Shown here in pieces: positions 36,351-48,310 of a DNA stretch of 64,000 nucleotides. Source of the DNA: Camelus ferus. Lineage: Eukaryota. The notes below the pieces were generated by a model. It did not search any database and had not been told where the DNA came from. It saw only the letters and a program-made list of their open reading frames with translations. The stretch is from the NCBI RefSeq assembly GCF_009834535.1, contig NC_045697.1:27530001-27594000 (forward strand), given 5' to 3'. The number at the start of each line of letters is the position of its first letter. Within the stretch, counting starts at the first letter, position 1. The position numbers were made by a program, and so were the translations under genes.

Positions 36351-38477
36351 ACTTGCTTTAGTTTAAAATCTATTTATTAAAAATCAAAAGCAAACAAAAA
36401 GACGGAAAGGGTAATAAATCACAGAGTCTTGGAAGTTGATGTTGCTAAGTTATAGGCAACGATACAATTTTAGCAGTCAATGAAAAGTAACCCCAAACCA
36501 AACATTTCACCTGGTATTTTGCTATTCTGCATTCGGCTTTGATGTGCAGGAGTGAGAGGCCTCATGTAAAGAAGGCCGGGCCAAGTGTCCCATGACGTCA
36601 GCCCCCACGTGGATCTAGCTGGTGACTTGTCATTCTCTTCTTTTTTCCTAAAACTATGGAAAATGCCAGTGGTCTCTCAAGACCACCCATGGTTGCCCCA
36701 TCACCCTCTGCATGTGGGTGGCCTGTCCGTACTTGGCAACAGGACAGCCTGATTCTCAAGCCAGCCTGGGCTGAGCTGGCCATCCAGTCGCCTCATTTCA
36801 GTTTTCCTTATTACTCAGCCCTCTGAGATATACTGTGGGAAAATCAACCAACCGACCAACTGCTTGTCTCGATTGATCACCAACTGCATAAACATTAGTT
36901 TCCTTACTAATGTTACTAACAACCCTCTCGTCATCTATAGTCTTTCACCACTCTCGAAGATTACCCCTGTTTTCTTCTATAAGCATCACGACTGTGCTGG
37001 GATATGTTTGCAGCTCTTTACCAGTAGGGAAACCAAGTCTCAAGGAGGTGGAGTGATTTACTCCAGGTCACTTGGCAATGTTGGGACTGGAAACTGGGGC
37101 CTTGGGTCCTGAAATTGATGCCTTCCCCTCCTTGTCTCTATAATGTGAGAAGGAGAATTGCTATTTAAAACAGAAAGGGATGCTGCATACATTCGGAGAA
37201 TCCAGCTCCATAGCGCCCCCTTTCTCTCACAGAGACTAGAGGGAGATAGAAAAGAAAGGTCGTATTTCAGAACTTACTTCTACTCTTTGTCGCTAGGACC
37301 GGGAGTGAATTGTCCAGAGCTTGGCAGGGCACAGAAATAAGGCTCCAGTTTTGCAGTTGAGTTGTGGGGGTAGGGTCAGGGTGCGGAGATCAATTCATCT
37401 GCATTAAAAAGTGAGGACAACTGAGTCTGAGGGTGAGAAGAAACCAAAGGGTGGTAGTGGATGAACAGACGATGAGGAATTCTAAAGCAAGATTAAGGGG
37501 ACAAAGACACACAGCAGACGATTTACTGGTAATGAGACGGGAGGATTTATCAGAATGGAAAGTCCACGGTTTAACTTGAAGATGTTTAGAGTTTGGTGCC
37601 ATAATTCTTTTTTGAATCTCAAGCATGAGTCTTGTGTGGATGGTGCCTTTGGAGAAGTCAGGGGAGAGAAGCTGTGTGTTCTTGCATGGGCAGCCCACGG
37701 ACAATGGCAAGGGAACTCATTCCCTGGTCTAATCCAGGGAAAAGGAGCTTATAGGTGGAAGGACTTGCTTTAGTTTAAAATCTATGGATTTTAATGATGG
37801 AGGAAAAAAGAAGATGCAGAGAACCTTTTCCTAAGCCCAGGAATTCCCAGAGGATTTGGAGGCACAAGTGCTACCGCTACACGTGGGATGGAGTTGAACA
37901 ATTTAATTGGCTCCCCAGACAGCCAAATACTTGGACATTTGGGTTATTGCTACATCTGTCCCAGTTGACCCATCACCTTGGTGTGATTGTCCCAGAGGAA
38001 CTTCTGCCTCCCAGGTGCCTACCTTCCAAGCCTCAGGCTCTCAAGGCCTCCCTTTATACTCCTGTCAGTCACTGAGTAACTGCAAGAAACCCCCAGTTCC
38101 TGCTTCACTTTCCTGACTCCAAAAGCTCTTTATGTTACCGTACTTGCAGTTACAGGAAGCTGTTTTTTGTTATTTATTTATTTGTTTGTTTGTTTATTAC
38201 TGCTCAGCCTCAGCTGCCCCAGGCAGGGCTCCCAAACACTGACGGAGCAGCAGCCGCACCCCTGCTGCTTCCGGGGAAGCACTGGCTCTGCACCCTGGAT
38301 GTGGCCTCAGGGTTCCACCTTGCTCTGGGGATGCTCCCTGGCTACTTACCTGTCCTCTGCCCTGTTACAGTGCCTACCTTTCCCACTCTTCATTTCTCCC
38401 ATTTGGTTAAGACCTTGCCAGCATCACACGGGATCACAGAGTACCCAGCAAGACATGAGCACAGAGCGGGTGGTGAG

Positions 38478-38900
38478 ATGATCAGGGAAAACGGGCCCCC
38501 AAAGATGTCTGTGTTCTAATCCATGGATCCTGTGATGACGTTACCTTATGTAGTAAAAGGGACTTTGCAGATGTGATTAAGTTTAAGATCTTGAGATGGG
38601 GAGAGTAGCTTGGTTTATCCAGGTGGGTTCAGTGTAATCACAAGGCTCCTTATGAGAGGGATGCAGGAGAACCAGAGTCAGACAAGATGTGATGATGGAA
38701 GCAGAGGTGGCAAAGGACAGGTGACAACATTACGCTAATGGCTCTGAAGATGGAGGGAGAGGCCCTGAGCCAAGGAATATGGGCAGTCACTAGAAGCTGG
38801 AAAAGGCAAGAAAACAAACATTCCCCTAGAGCTTTCGGGAGGAACACAGGTCTGCCGATACCTTGATTTTAGCCCAGTGAAACTTATTTTGGACTTCAGT
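38478..38900 (+). mobile_element. MLT1D-like MaLR LTR, 3' truncated
   Basis: ggcccccaaagatgtc...aaaagggactttgcagatgtgattaag...agaagctggaaaaggcaag...ttgattttagcccagtga. Confidence 0.85.
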
Positions 38901-39094
38901 TTAAAAAATTGCATTGTATGGATATATCAACGTTTATTTTACCAATCCCCTGTTAATGATTATTTAAATTTTTACAAAAATTGTTTCACTATTATAATTA
39001 GCACTAAGATAAGCTTTTCCATATATACATATTTTGTTGGAATCTCTGACTGCATTACTAGGATGGATTCCTATTAGAAATTATTAAATGACAT

Positions 39095-39860
39095 GACTAT
39101 GTTATATAGCTATTGTAAAATAAACTAGCTCAAAACTTTGTGACTTAAAACAGCCACAAATGTGTTTCACTCACAATTCTGGTCAGCAATTTGGCTTGGC
39201 TTTTATCTAGGTGGTTCTTATCTTTTTAAATATTTTATTTTATTTTTTATTGAAGTATAGTTGGTTTATTTATTTATTTATTGAAGTTTAGTCAGTTACA
39301 ATGTGTCAGTTTCTGGTGCACAGCATAATGTTTCAGTCATACATACACATACATATAATTGTTTTCATATTCTTTTTCATATAGGTTACTACAAGCTCCT
39401 GAATATAGTTCCCTGTGCTATACAGAAGAAATTTGTTTTTTTATCTGTTTTATATATAGTTGTTATTATTTGCAAATCTCAAATTCCCAATTTATCACCT
39501 TGACTGGTCTGAATCATGCATCTGTAATTATCTGTCAGATGGGCTAGGGGCCAGCTTGTCTACGATGGCATCAGCTCCGATAGCTTGTCTTTGCTTCATG
39601 TGGTCTCATTCTCTAGGAGGCTGCCCCCAGCTTGCCACATGACGGATGCACAGAGCAAGCAGAGTGTACAAGACTTGAAATCAGCACACCATTACTTCTG
39701 GTACATTCTATTGGCCAAAGTAAATCACAAGGCCAGCCCAGATTCAAGGAGTGGGGAAAGAAACTCCACCCTTGGATGGCAACAGCTGAAAAGTCACATT
39801 GCAAAGGACATGGATACAGGAAGGGGCAGAGAACTGAGGCCATTTTTGCAAGCAATCTAC
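39095..39860 (-). mobile_element. MLT1 (F/G/H-like) LTR split by a younger L1 3' end
   Basis: gacttaaaacagc...ctcacaattctgg; resumes after 39497 with cattctattggccaaagtaaatcacaaggccagcccagattcaagg. Confidence 0.75.
39222..39497 (-). mobile_element. 5'-truncated L1 3' end
   Basis: T-rich tail, then ttattgaagt...tgaatatagttccctgtgctatacag. Confidence 0.85.
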
Positions 39861-40319
39861 AGCTTTGGGCCAAAGGATATGGACCTTTAAAAGCTCCTAG
39901 TGCATACTGGAGGGCCTCGTCCTTTATTTTTATTTTGTTCCAAGTGACTGCAGTTCATTCAGTGTAAACAGGCTGTCCTCCGTTTCTGTCTGGGCAGAAA
40001 TCCCTAGGAGTAATCATGAATAAAGTTACAGGTAACGTGTGTTTGAGGTGTCACTGACCACAGTGCCTGTGAGATGAGTCTACTCAGTCCCTATCTCAGT
40101 GAATTCAACCTGCTTACCTGACGTGGGTCTAAGAATTCCATTTTGCTTCAAGGCCACTCCAACAGATTAGATTTCCTGGAGGGTGATATCAGTACTTGGA
40201 TTTGATTTAGAGCCCCACAATTACTCTGAGGCTACTCCAAAATTTATACCCCCTCCAACTTCCCAAGAAACGTCCAGATTCTCAAGGGCTGCTCCAGATC
40301 AGGGTGGAGATACTCCCCA

Positions 40320-40500
40320 GCTGGTACAGTGGAGGGAGCAGTGCCCTGGAAGACAGGAGAGATGGGTTCTAGCCCTGTGTCTACTGCTCATTAGCTTTGG
40401 GTCATTGGACAATCATCATCTCTGTGAGCCTCAGTTTTATCATCTGTAAAATGGGAAGAATAAACAGAGTCATGGTGAGAATTCAATGTGATATGTTTTA
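40320..40500 (+). mobile_element. MIR SINE
   Basis: tctgtgagcctcagttttatcatctgtaaaatggg. Confidence 0.8.
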
Positions 40501-40986
40501 ATCTAACATGGTAAATGTAACCTCTTTCCTTTACTCCCAGCTTTACTATTTGAGGACTGGACTGCTCCTAGCAGGTGGGGGGACGGTAGGGAGAATCCTC
40601 TGTCAGCCCACAAATACCTCAGACCTCTCAAGGCACAGCTGCCAGGGCATCCCATTGTCTAAGCATCTGTTATGGGCAATGAATAGTTTACAGATCTAAG
40701 TAGTTACTTTAAGGAGGGTCAGCAATGACACAGTTCAGGTCAGAGTTCCAGAGAACATGGGGCCAGGCCAGTGCCAAAACTGGGTGGCTGTGCTACCTCC
40801 TTGAATAAGATGAACTTGGTCTGCCTGTGTCTGCAGGGCCCCGTGGGTGAGGCTGCTGCCTGTTCACAAGCCCCGCCCTCGCCGCTGACGCAGGTGTCCA
40901 CCAGCTCAAGGAGAGCAGACCTGTTTGGTTAAACATCTGACTCATCACTCACTCACAGCCTGACAGCCTTCTGAGCTTGTTTCAGA

Positions 40987-41017
<31 letters not shown>

Positions 41018-41483
41018 GGTGAAGGGTGGAGTAGAAATAGGATCCTTTTATTAGAGAACATTTTCCTGAGGGGTTATTTTCTCGAATGTTAATCCAGATC
41101 CAAGTTGTTGTTCTAAAAGTGCAGTAGAGGTAAAATTTCGGTTTGGGTTTGGCTATTAACCCATTACTGACTGGCTCCGTGATGGCCACCTGGGGCTTAT
41201 CTAAGGGCTGAAATGCTGAAGAGGGCTGCCTGTTGGGAGCCAAGGACCCTGACATTTCTCTGCAGACTGAAGGCCCACTTTTATCATTTGCCCTTTAAGA
41301 CCAGGAATCCTTGCTTATAGGTAGAAAAAAGCTGCTGGATACCATACAACATCCCTATGTCTGGCCATGGTCTGGTAATGGGTTTTTTCTGGAAGTGAGT
41401 TTGACCCAACATTGATAGGCGTTTGCGTGGGGTACATGGTGGCTACACGGAGTGCCAATAAAAGCAAAAAATGCAGGCCCCAA

Positions 41484-42925
41484 CAGTGGGCAAAAGTTGG
41501 CAAATTATGGCCCACGGGCCATATCCAGCTTGTTGCCTGGTTTTGTATATTTTGTTTTTTTTTACTTAATAAGCTTTGTTTTTATAGTACTAGTTTTAGG
41601 TTCACAGCAAAATTGAGCAGAAGGTACAGAGATATCCCATATACCCTGTCCCCACACAAGCACAACATCCCCTACCACCTACATTCTGAACCAGAATCAA
41701 TGAACCCATATCGACACCCAATTATTATCCAAAGTCCATAGTTTACAACAGGGTTCACTCTTCGTGGTGTTGATTACATGGCTTTTGACAAATGAATAAT
41801 GATATTATCCACCATTGTAGTCTCATACAGAATAATTTCACTGCCCTAAAAATCCTCTGAGCTCTGCCAGTTCATACCTCCCTCCCTTCACCCCTTGGCA
41901 ACCACTAATTTTCACTGTCTCCATAACTTAGCCTTTTCCAGAGTGTCATATAGTTGACATCATACAGTATGTGGGGTTTTCAGATTAACTTTTTGCACTT
42001 AGTAATGTGCATTCAGGTTTCCTCCATGCCTTTTCATGGCTCGAGAGCTCATATCTTTTTAGTGCTGAATAATATTCCCTTGTCTGGATGTATCACAGTT
42101 TATCCATTCACCTAATGAAGGACATCATGATTGCTTCCAAGCTTTGTCAATTATGAATAAAATTGCTATAAATACTTACATGCAGGTTTTTGTGTCCACA
42201 TAAGTTTTCAATTCATTTGGGTAACTACCTAAGAGTGTGATTGCTGGATTGCATGGTAAGAATATGTTGAATGTTATAAGAAAACCACCAAACTGTCTTC
42301 CAAACTAGCTGTACTATCTTGTATTCCCACCAGTAGTAAATGAGAGTTCCTGTTTCTTCACATCCTCATCTGCATTTGGTTTTATCAGTGTTTTGGATTT
42401 TGGCCATTCTAATAGGTGTATAGTGGTATCTCATTATTTTGATTTGCAATTCTCTAATGACATATGGTGTGGAACACCTTTTCAGATGCTTACTTGTCAT
42501 CTGTGTAACATCATTGGTGATCTGTCCCTTTAGACCTTTTGCCCATTTTAAAATCAGGTTGTTTTCTTATTGTTTTAAGAGTTCTTTGGTTATTTTGGAT
42601 AACAGTCCTTTAGCAGAAGCCTTTTGCAAATACTTTCTCCCAGTCTGCATCCTGTTTATTCTCTTGATGGTGTCTTTCATGAGCAGAAGTTTCCAGTTTA
42701 ATGAAGTCCAGCTTATCAACAATTTCTTCCCTGGATCCTGCTTGTGGTGTTGCTGCCTATTTTTGTAAATAAAGTTTTATTGGAGCCCAGACACACTCAT
42801 TCGTTTATGTATTATCTATGGCTACTTTTGTGCTAAAACAGCGGAGTTGTGTGGTTGTGACACAGACAATGTGCCTGGCAAAGCCTAAAATATTTACTAT
42901 CTGGCCCTTTATAGTCGCTAGCCGC
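41484..42925. mobile_element. MER58A-like hAT MITE split by an L1 insertion (left ~41484-41547, right 42751-42925)
   Basis: ggcaaattatggcccacgggcca...; gtaaataaagttttattgga...gcaaagcctaaaatatttactatctggccctttat. Confidence 0.85.
41548..42750 (-). mobile_element. L1MC-like 3' portion
   Basis: gttttaggttcacagcaaaattgagcagaaggtacagaga 3' end. TSD TGTTGCCTGGTTTTGTA (41531-41547) / TGCTGCCTATTTTTGTA (42751-42767). Confidence 0.88.
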
Positions 42926-42999
42926 TGGGTTAGATACATCCTTCCAGAAACGCAACCCCATTCCCCACTGTCTAGCTCCGTGGGGCACCTCGTCTCTCT

Positions 43000-43200
43000 G
43001 AGTGGGGCTCCCTTGAGGCAGCGTGCGCCTTGAGCGCAGCCGCAGAGTTGATGGCACCTGAGCGCCCGGCTGCCGCGGCGCACGGAGGGCGCTGGCACTC
43101 CCACGGCCCCGGGAGGAGGGGGAAGCCTTGCCGGCGGGCGCGCACCGGCCTTCTCAGGTTTCACAGGACAGCTCGGCTCTGCTTTCCGCCCTCCTAGGAT
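43000..43200. promoter_or_regulatory. Small non-repeat CpG-rich element (candidate regulatory site)
   Basis: Dense CpGs (gcgcagccgc, gccgcggcgcacgg, ccggcgggcgcgcaccgg) in a CpG-depleted background. Confidence 0.55.
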
Positions 43201-43259
43201 TCAGTCCTCCAGGTATTGCAGTAAGTAAAGAAGAAACAAAGCAACTAATTTGGTGGGCT

Positions 43260-43672
43260 TTTTCAATCTCCTAGGGCTCTGTGACAAAATAATACAACCC
43301 GAGTGGCTTAAAAAACAAATTTATTATCTCATAGTCCAGGCTGCCAGAAGTCCGAAATCAGGGTGTCGGCAGGGCCACGCTCCCTTTAAAGGCACTCAAG
43401 GATCTGCTCCAGGCCTTCTTCACGCTTCTGGGAGTTCCTAGGCTTGTAGATGGGGTTCTCCCTGTATCTTGGCATCATCTTTTCTCTGTATGTGACCCTG
43501 TGTCCAAATTTCCCCTTTTTATGTGGACACAGTTATCTGTGTCCACCCCAATGACCTCACCTTCATTAATGACATTTGTAATAATCCTATTTCCAAAGAA
43601 AGTCACATTCTGAGGTCATAAGAGTTAGGACTTCAACATATGCATTTTGGGGGGATATGATTCAACCCATGA
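43260..43672 (-). mobile_element. MLT1B/C-like MaLR LTR
   Basis: gtggcttaaaaaacaaatttatt...agaagtccgaaatcagggtgtcggcagggc...gtcacattctgaggt...ttcaacccat. Confidence 0.82.
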
Positions 43673-43929
43673 CTGGGGCCCTGTCTGTTCACTGCAGGCC
43701 TATGCCATACCATAACACGAAAGTCTGTTGACTGCAATGAACAGAAAAAAATTGATGACATATAGCTCAATAATTTATTAAACAGCTCCATTCAAACCAA
43801 GAACCCTTTGCAAATGAGAAAACCGAGTCCCATTTGCTTAAGTAATATCTCAAATGGTGGAGCAGGTTTTGAACCCCGGTTAGCCTGATTTTGAAGCCCA
43901 CCCCGTTTCCACTAGGCCAGTAGCTTGCA

Positions 43930-46900
43930 ACGATTATCCTGGAATTAGCAGCATCACTGGTACCTGGTAACTTGTTTGAAATGCAAGTTGCAGGCCCCAC
44001 CCTAGACCCACTGAATCAGAAACTCTGCTACTGAGGGACTGTGATAACTGCCAAAGTTCTAGAATCTCTGCCCTGGGTGGAGCCGGAAAGCAGGCAGGTT
44101 GACACTTGTTAAGTACTTACATGCCAGGCACATGGCTGACTGCCTCCATTTAAATTGTTTTATGTGATTGCAGTAAGCAGAATAAAGCCCCCCAAAGACG
44201 TCCGTGTCCTAACCCCCAGAAACTGTGCCTGTGTCACCTTATGTGGTGAAAAGGACTTTCCAGATGTGATTAAGGATCTTGAGATGGACAGATTATCTTG
44301 GGTTATCCATGTGGGCTCAATGTAATCACAAGTTTCTTTATAAGAGGGAGGCAGGGGGGTCAGAGTAGGAGATGTGACAATGGAAGCTGAGGTGGTGAAG
44401 GAGCTGTGCAACCTTATGCTACTGGAGGTAGTAGTGTAGTTTGAAGATGGAGGAGGGGGCCACACGCCAAAGAATGCAGGTAGCCCATAGGAGCTGAAAA
44501 GGCAAGGAAACAAGTTCTCCCCTAGAGCCTCCGGAAGGAGCACAGTCCTGCTGAGCTTCGATTTTATCCCCTGAGACGCGTTCCTGACTTACAACCCCAG
44601 AACCATAAGATAATAAACATGTGTTGTTTTAGACATCTGTTTTTGGTAGTTTGTGACACCAGCAACAGGAGACTGAAAGAATGCTCTCTCTAATAATCCT
44701 ACTCGCTCAGTACTGCATCTCTTTTGATGAGAGGAAACTTAAGGTCAGAGAGGTTAAGCAACTCCGAGGTTACACAGCTAACTGAGGGCTTAAACCCAAG
44801 TCTGTGTCTCCAAGACAACCAGAGCCTTGATACTCCCAGGGTGGTCTGTGGACCACAGCAGCAGCATTACCTGGAACTTGACAGAGAAGTGGCATCTAAA
44901 TTTCCATCCTAGACCTACTGAAGCAGAATCTGCACTAACTCGTGGGCACAAAAAAGTTTGGGAAGACTATACCACGGCACACTTCATCTTACGGTGTTTC
45001 CTGCTTCAGAAATTTCGCCCTTTTGAAAAACATATGCTTGTTCAAAGTGACTAAAGCACTGCCAGGGGTCAGGATCTTTGTTGGGAAAATCCTCTTCAGG
45101 AGATTGGTTAATACATTTTGATCTATGCAAACATCCAACTCAAGCTGCAAACGCTGATGGCCAGGGCAGATTTGCTGAATAAAGGTAAATCTGCTGAATC
45201 AGCAAGCTAGTTCAAAAATTCCCCCACTGCTGAGGCCAGCATGGTCTTCTCCAGCAGGTAAGCCCATAGAAGGTAGAGACTGAATAATGTGCAGTACTGA
45301 CCGGTGATTCTCAAGTGGTGAGTGCACACGCGTCATCTGAGAAGTGTGTTGAAATGCAGGTTCTGTGTTAGCAGGCCCAGAGTTCTGCATTTCTAATGAG
45401 CTCCCAGCAGGAGATGCTGTCGGTTGGCAGGGACACTTAGGCAGCCAGCTGCAGGCCGCCACTCCCCAGAGACCACTGCCTCATTTAGACCTGCAGGCAA
45501 AGGCTTCCAAAATCTGGGGGATCATCTGCCTCACTTGGATGCCTTTCAACAAAGTGTGGACTCCACCCCAGGCCTGGGGAGCCAGGAATCCGTAAGTTTA
45601 TCAGGTGCCTCAATTCAGAGGCAGCTGGTCTGTGCACAGGTGTTTGGAAACATGAAACACCTACATGAAGCCACAAAAGCAAACAACTCCTCAACAAATC
45701 ACCTCCACCTCAATTCTGATTTTGCACAGATTCAGTACTATGGTTGGAAACATAAAATGCTTTCCTCCTCATTGCTCCAAAGACCAGACCCAACTGCCCT
45801 GAGAAGGTGGCATCAGGACAGTGGGACAGGTGCTAAGACAGCAGAGAGCCCCGAGAAACTTAGCAGAGGGCCACAGAGCTCCCCACTACAAGGTCAGGGA
45901 CAGGACAACTCCATTTCCTTCCTGTCCAGTCCCGTGCACTTATCTCCTGATTAGTGTGAATTCCACCACCCCGTGCCAGGGGGAAAAAGGGCAGGAGCCT
46001 GCGGGTGCAACTCACTCCCAGCATGTGGTCGTAAAACACTGCAAAGGAAACCTCAAAGGCCTTGGGCAGGCGCCGCCCAGGGATCCACCTTTCTCCAGAG
46101 TCTGGTCAGCAGCCTGCAGAGTTCTCCACGGTGACCTCAGTGCCTTCCCCACCCCATCCTCCATCAGGGCTTCCATTCAGAAAGCTGCTTTTATGACATC
46201 AGTGGTGATTAACTGACCTAATTTCTCCCAGGCTGGCAGAGTCAAGAGACCCAGTCAATACAGAAATCTATTCTGTGGGCCTCAGCGAAGCCACTGGAGA
46301 AAAAAAGACCTGTGATTTGTTCTGAGAGGGAAGAAATAGTGTGCAGCTGAGTTAGCCCCGGATGATACTGCTCAGACTCCCAGAGAGATGGAGGAGGAGA
46401 GAGCCAGCCTTTCCCACAGCCAGCCTTTCTCTCTCCTTGGGGCTGGGGTCCCAGAAATGCTCTGCCCTCTGCAAGGATGGATGCTTGTTAAGCAGAATTG
46501 GTGGAGTGAGTGATTTTTCCCTTGGGGGCACTGGTAGCTTCTGCTCTGTCACCCTGTTTGCTGCGCCCACTCAGGAATTTGCCAGCCTCACCTTTCCCAC
46601 CTGCAGTTTCTCCCACCCAACCCAAGCTCCTCCAGCCTCTTCATTCATGACTTTTCCCAAACCTAGAGTAGCCTTTCTTTTGCTTTGTCTGTCTAGTGAA
46701 CACCTATTCATCCCTCAAAACTCCACGCAGGCTCTGATTCTTCCAAAACTCCTTCTGCCCGACCGGTCAGAATTAATTCCATGCACACGATTTGATTCAT
46801 TCCAGGGCTTTCAAAGTGTGGTCCCCAGACCGGAAGCGTGAAAGTCAACTGGAAACTTGTTACAGAAAGACAAATTCTCAGGCCTCATTCCCAAAGTATG

Positions 46901-46990
46901 AGATAAGGACTCGAAGGGTGGGGCCCCACAGCCCATGTCTGAATAAGCCCTCCAGGGGAGCCTGATGCACACTGAAGTCCGAGAAAGATT
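43930..46990. mobile_element. Four separate MER5-like MITE copies (~43930-44075, ~44830-44975, ~45300-45445, ~46805-46990)
   Basis: Shared cagcagcat..cctgg..acttg..agaaatgca / ctgaatcaga / tctcaggcc motifs. Confidence 0.7.
44169..44680 (+). mobile_element. MLT1D-like MaLR solo LTR nested in a MIR
   Basis: gcagaataaagcccccaaagacgtcc...aataaacatgtgttgtttt...cagcaacaggagactga. Minus-strand MIR pieces flank both sides. Confidence 0.85.
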
Positions 46991-47129
46991 GGATTAGTTC
47001 ATGCACCGTGTTACATTCTAAGTGTTTGCATCTGTATTGCACGGTCATCTGTGATCTCTTGAGGTCCTGATGTGGTCTCATGCTCATCTTTGCTTCTCTA
47101 ATCCTTAGTCCCTTAGGCAAACTGATGGT

Positions 47130-48310
47130 TCTGATCAATGAACTCTCTCCTTGAAACCTTCAGCGGTTTCCCGTTGCCCCTTCCCATGACCCGAATGTCC
47201 CTGTGTGTCTGGCTTCTGGCTCCCTACTTCCCCATCTCATTGTGCTCTGGGCATCCCCGCTTTTCTCTGTCCCTCAAATGTGCCCAGTGCCTCTCTGGTT
47301 AGGGGCCAAGGCCAAGCTGCTCCCATCACTTTGCCTGCCTATTAACCTACTAACTTCTACTCTCCTTCAGTTCTCAGCTTAACTATAACTTCCATGTCCA
47401 AACCTCCTCAAATCTTCCCCCATGAGAAAAGGGAACCCTCCTACACTGCTGGTGGGAATGCAGTTTGGTGTAGCCACTGTGGAAAACAGTGTGGCGATTC
47501 CTCAAAAGACTAGGGATAGACTTACCTTATGACCCAGGAATCCCGCTCCTGGGCTTATATCCAGAAGGAACACCTGCACCCCAATGTTCACAGCAGCACT
47601 ATTTACAATAGCCAAGACATGGAAACAGCCTAAATGTCCATCAACAGGTGACTGGATAAAGAAGAGGTGGTATATTTATACAATGGAATACTACTCAGCC
47701 ATAAAAACCGACAACATAATGCCATTTGCAGCAACATGGATGCTCCTGGAGAATGTCATTCTAAGTGAAGTAAGCCAGAAAGAGAAAGAAAAATACCATA
47801 TGAGATCGCTCATATGCGGAATCTAAAAAAAAAAAATCATAAATACAAAACAGAAACAGGCTCATAGACATAGAATTACAAACTTGTGGTTGCCAGGGGG
47901 ATGAGGGGTGGGAAGGGATAGACTGGGATTTCAAAATGTAAAATAGATAAACAAGATTGTACTGTGTAGCACAGGGAAATATATACAGGATCTTGTGGTG
48001 GCTCACAGTGAAAGAGAATGTGACAGGGAATGTATGTATGTTCATGTATAACTGAAAAGTTGTGCTCTACACTGGAATTTGACACAACATTGTAAAATGA
48101 CTATAACTCAATAAAAAAAATGTTTAAAATAAAATCTTCCCCCACAAACACGCAAGGTCAGGACCCCTGTGAGACCCCTTCACCCCATAACATCATATGC
48201 TTTTCCCCTGTGGCACTCATCACAGCTGTCACTGTCTGATTCTTTGGGTCGTATCTGTCTCGCCTGTAGACTGTGAGTTCCACAAGTGTCAGGACCATGT
48301 GCGTATTTCT
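47130..48310 (+). mobile_element. L2 fragment hosting a young L1 insertion
   Basis: aaccttcagcggtttccc...ctccttcagttctcagctt; after the L1, tagactgtgagttccacaag. Confidence 0.6.
47423..48131 (+). mobile_element. Young 5'-truncated L1 (ORF2 C-terminus plus 3'UTR)
   Basis: [22 protein letters not shown]...YYSAIK, G-rich 3'UTR tract and AATAAA. Perfect 13-bp TSD AAATCTTCCCCCA (47410-47422, 48132-48144). Confidence 0.95.

Noticed and set aside
11709..46841. Long ORFs 11709..12242, 29374..29988, 45424..45954 and 46362..46841
   Set aside because: No recognisable domains or exon structure, several lack ATG starts, and lengths are compatible with chance in GC-richer DNA.
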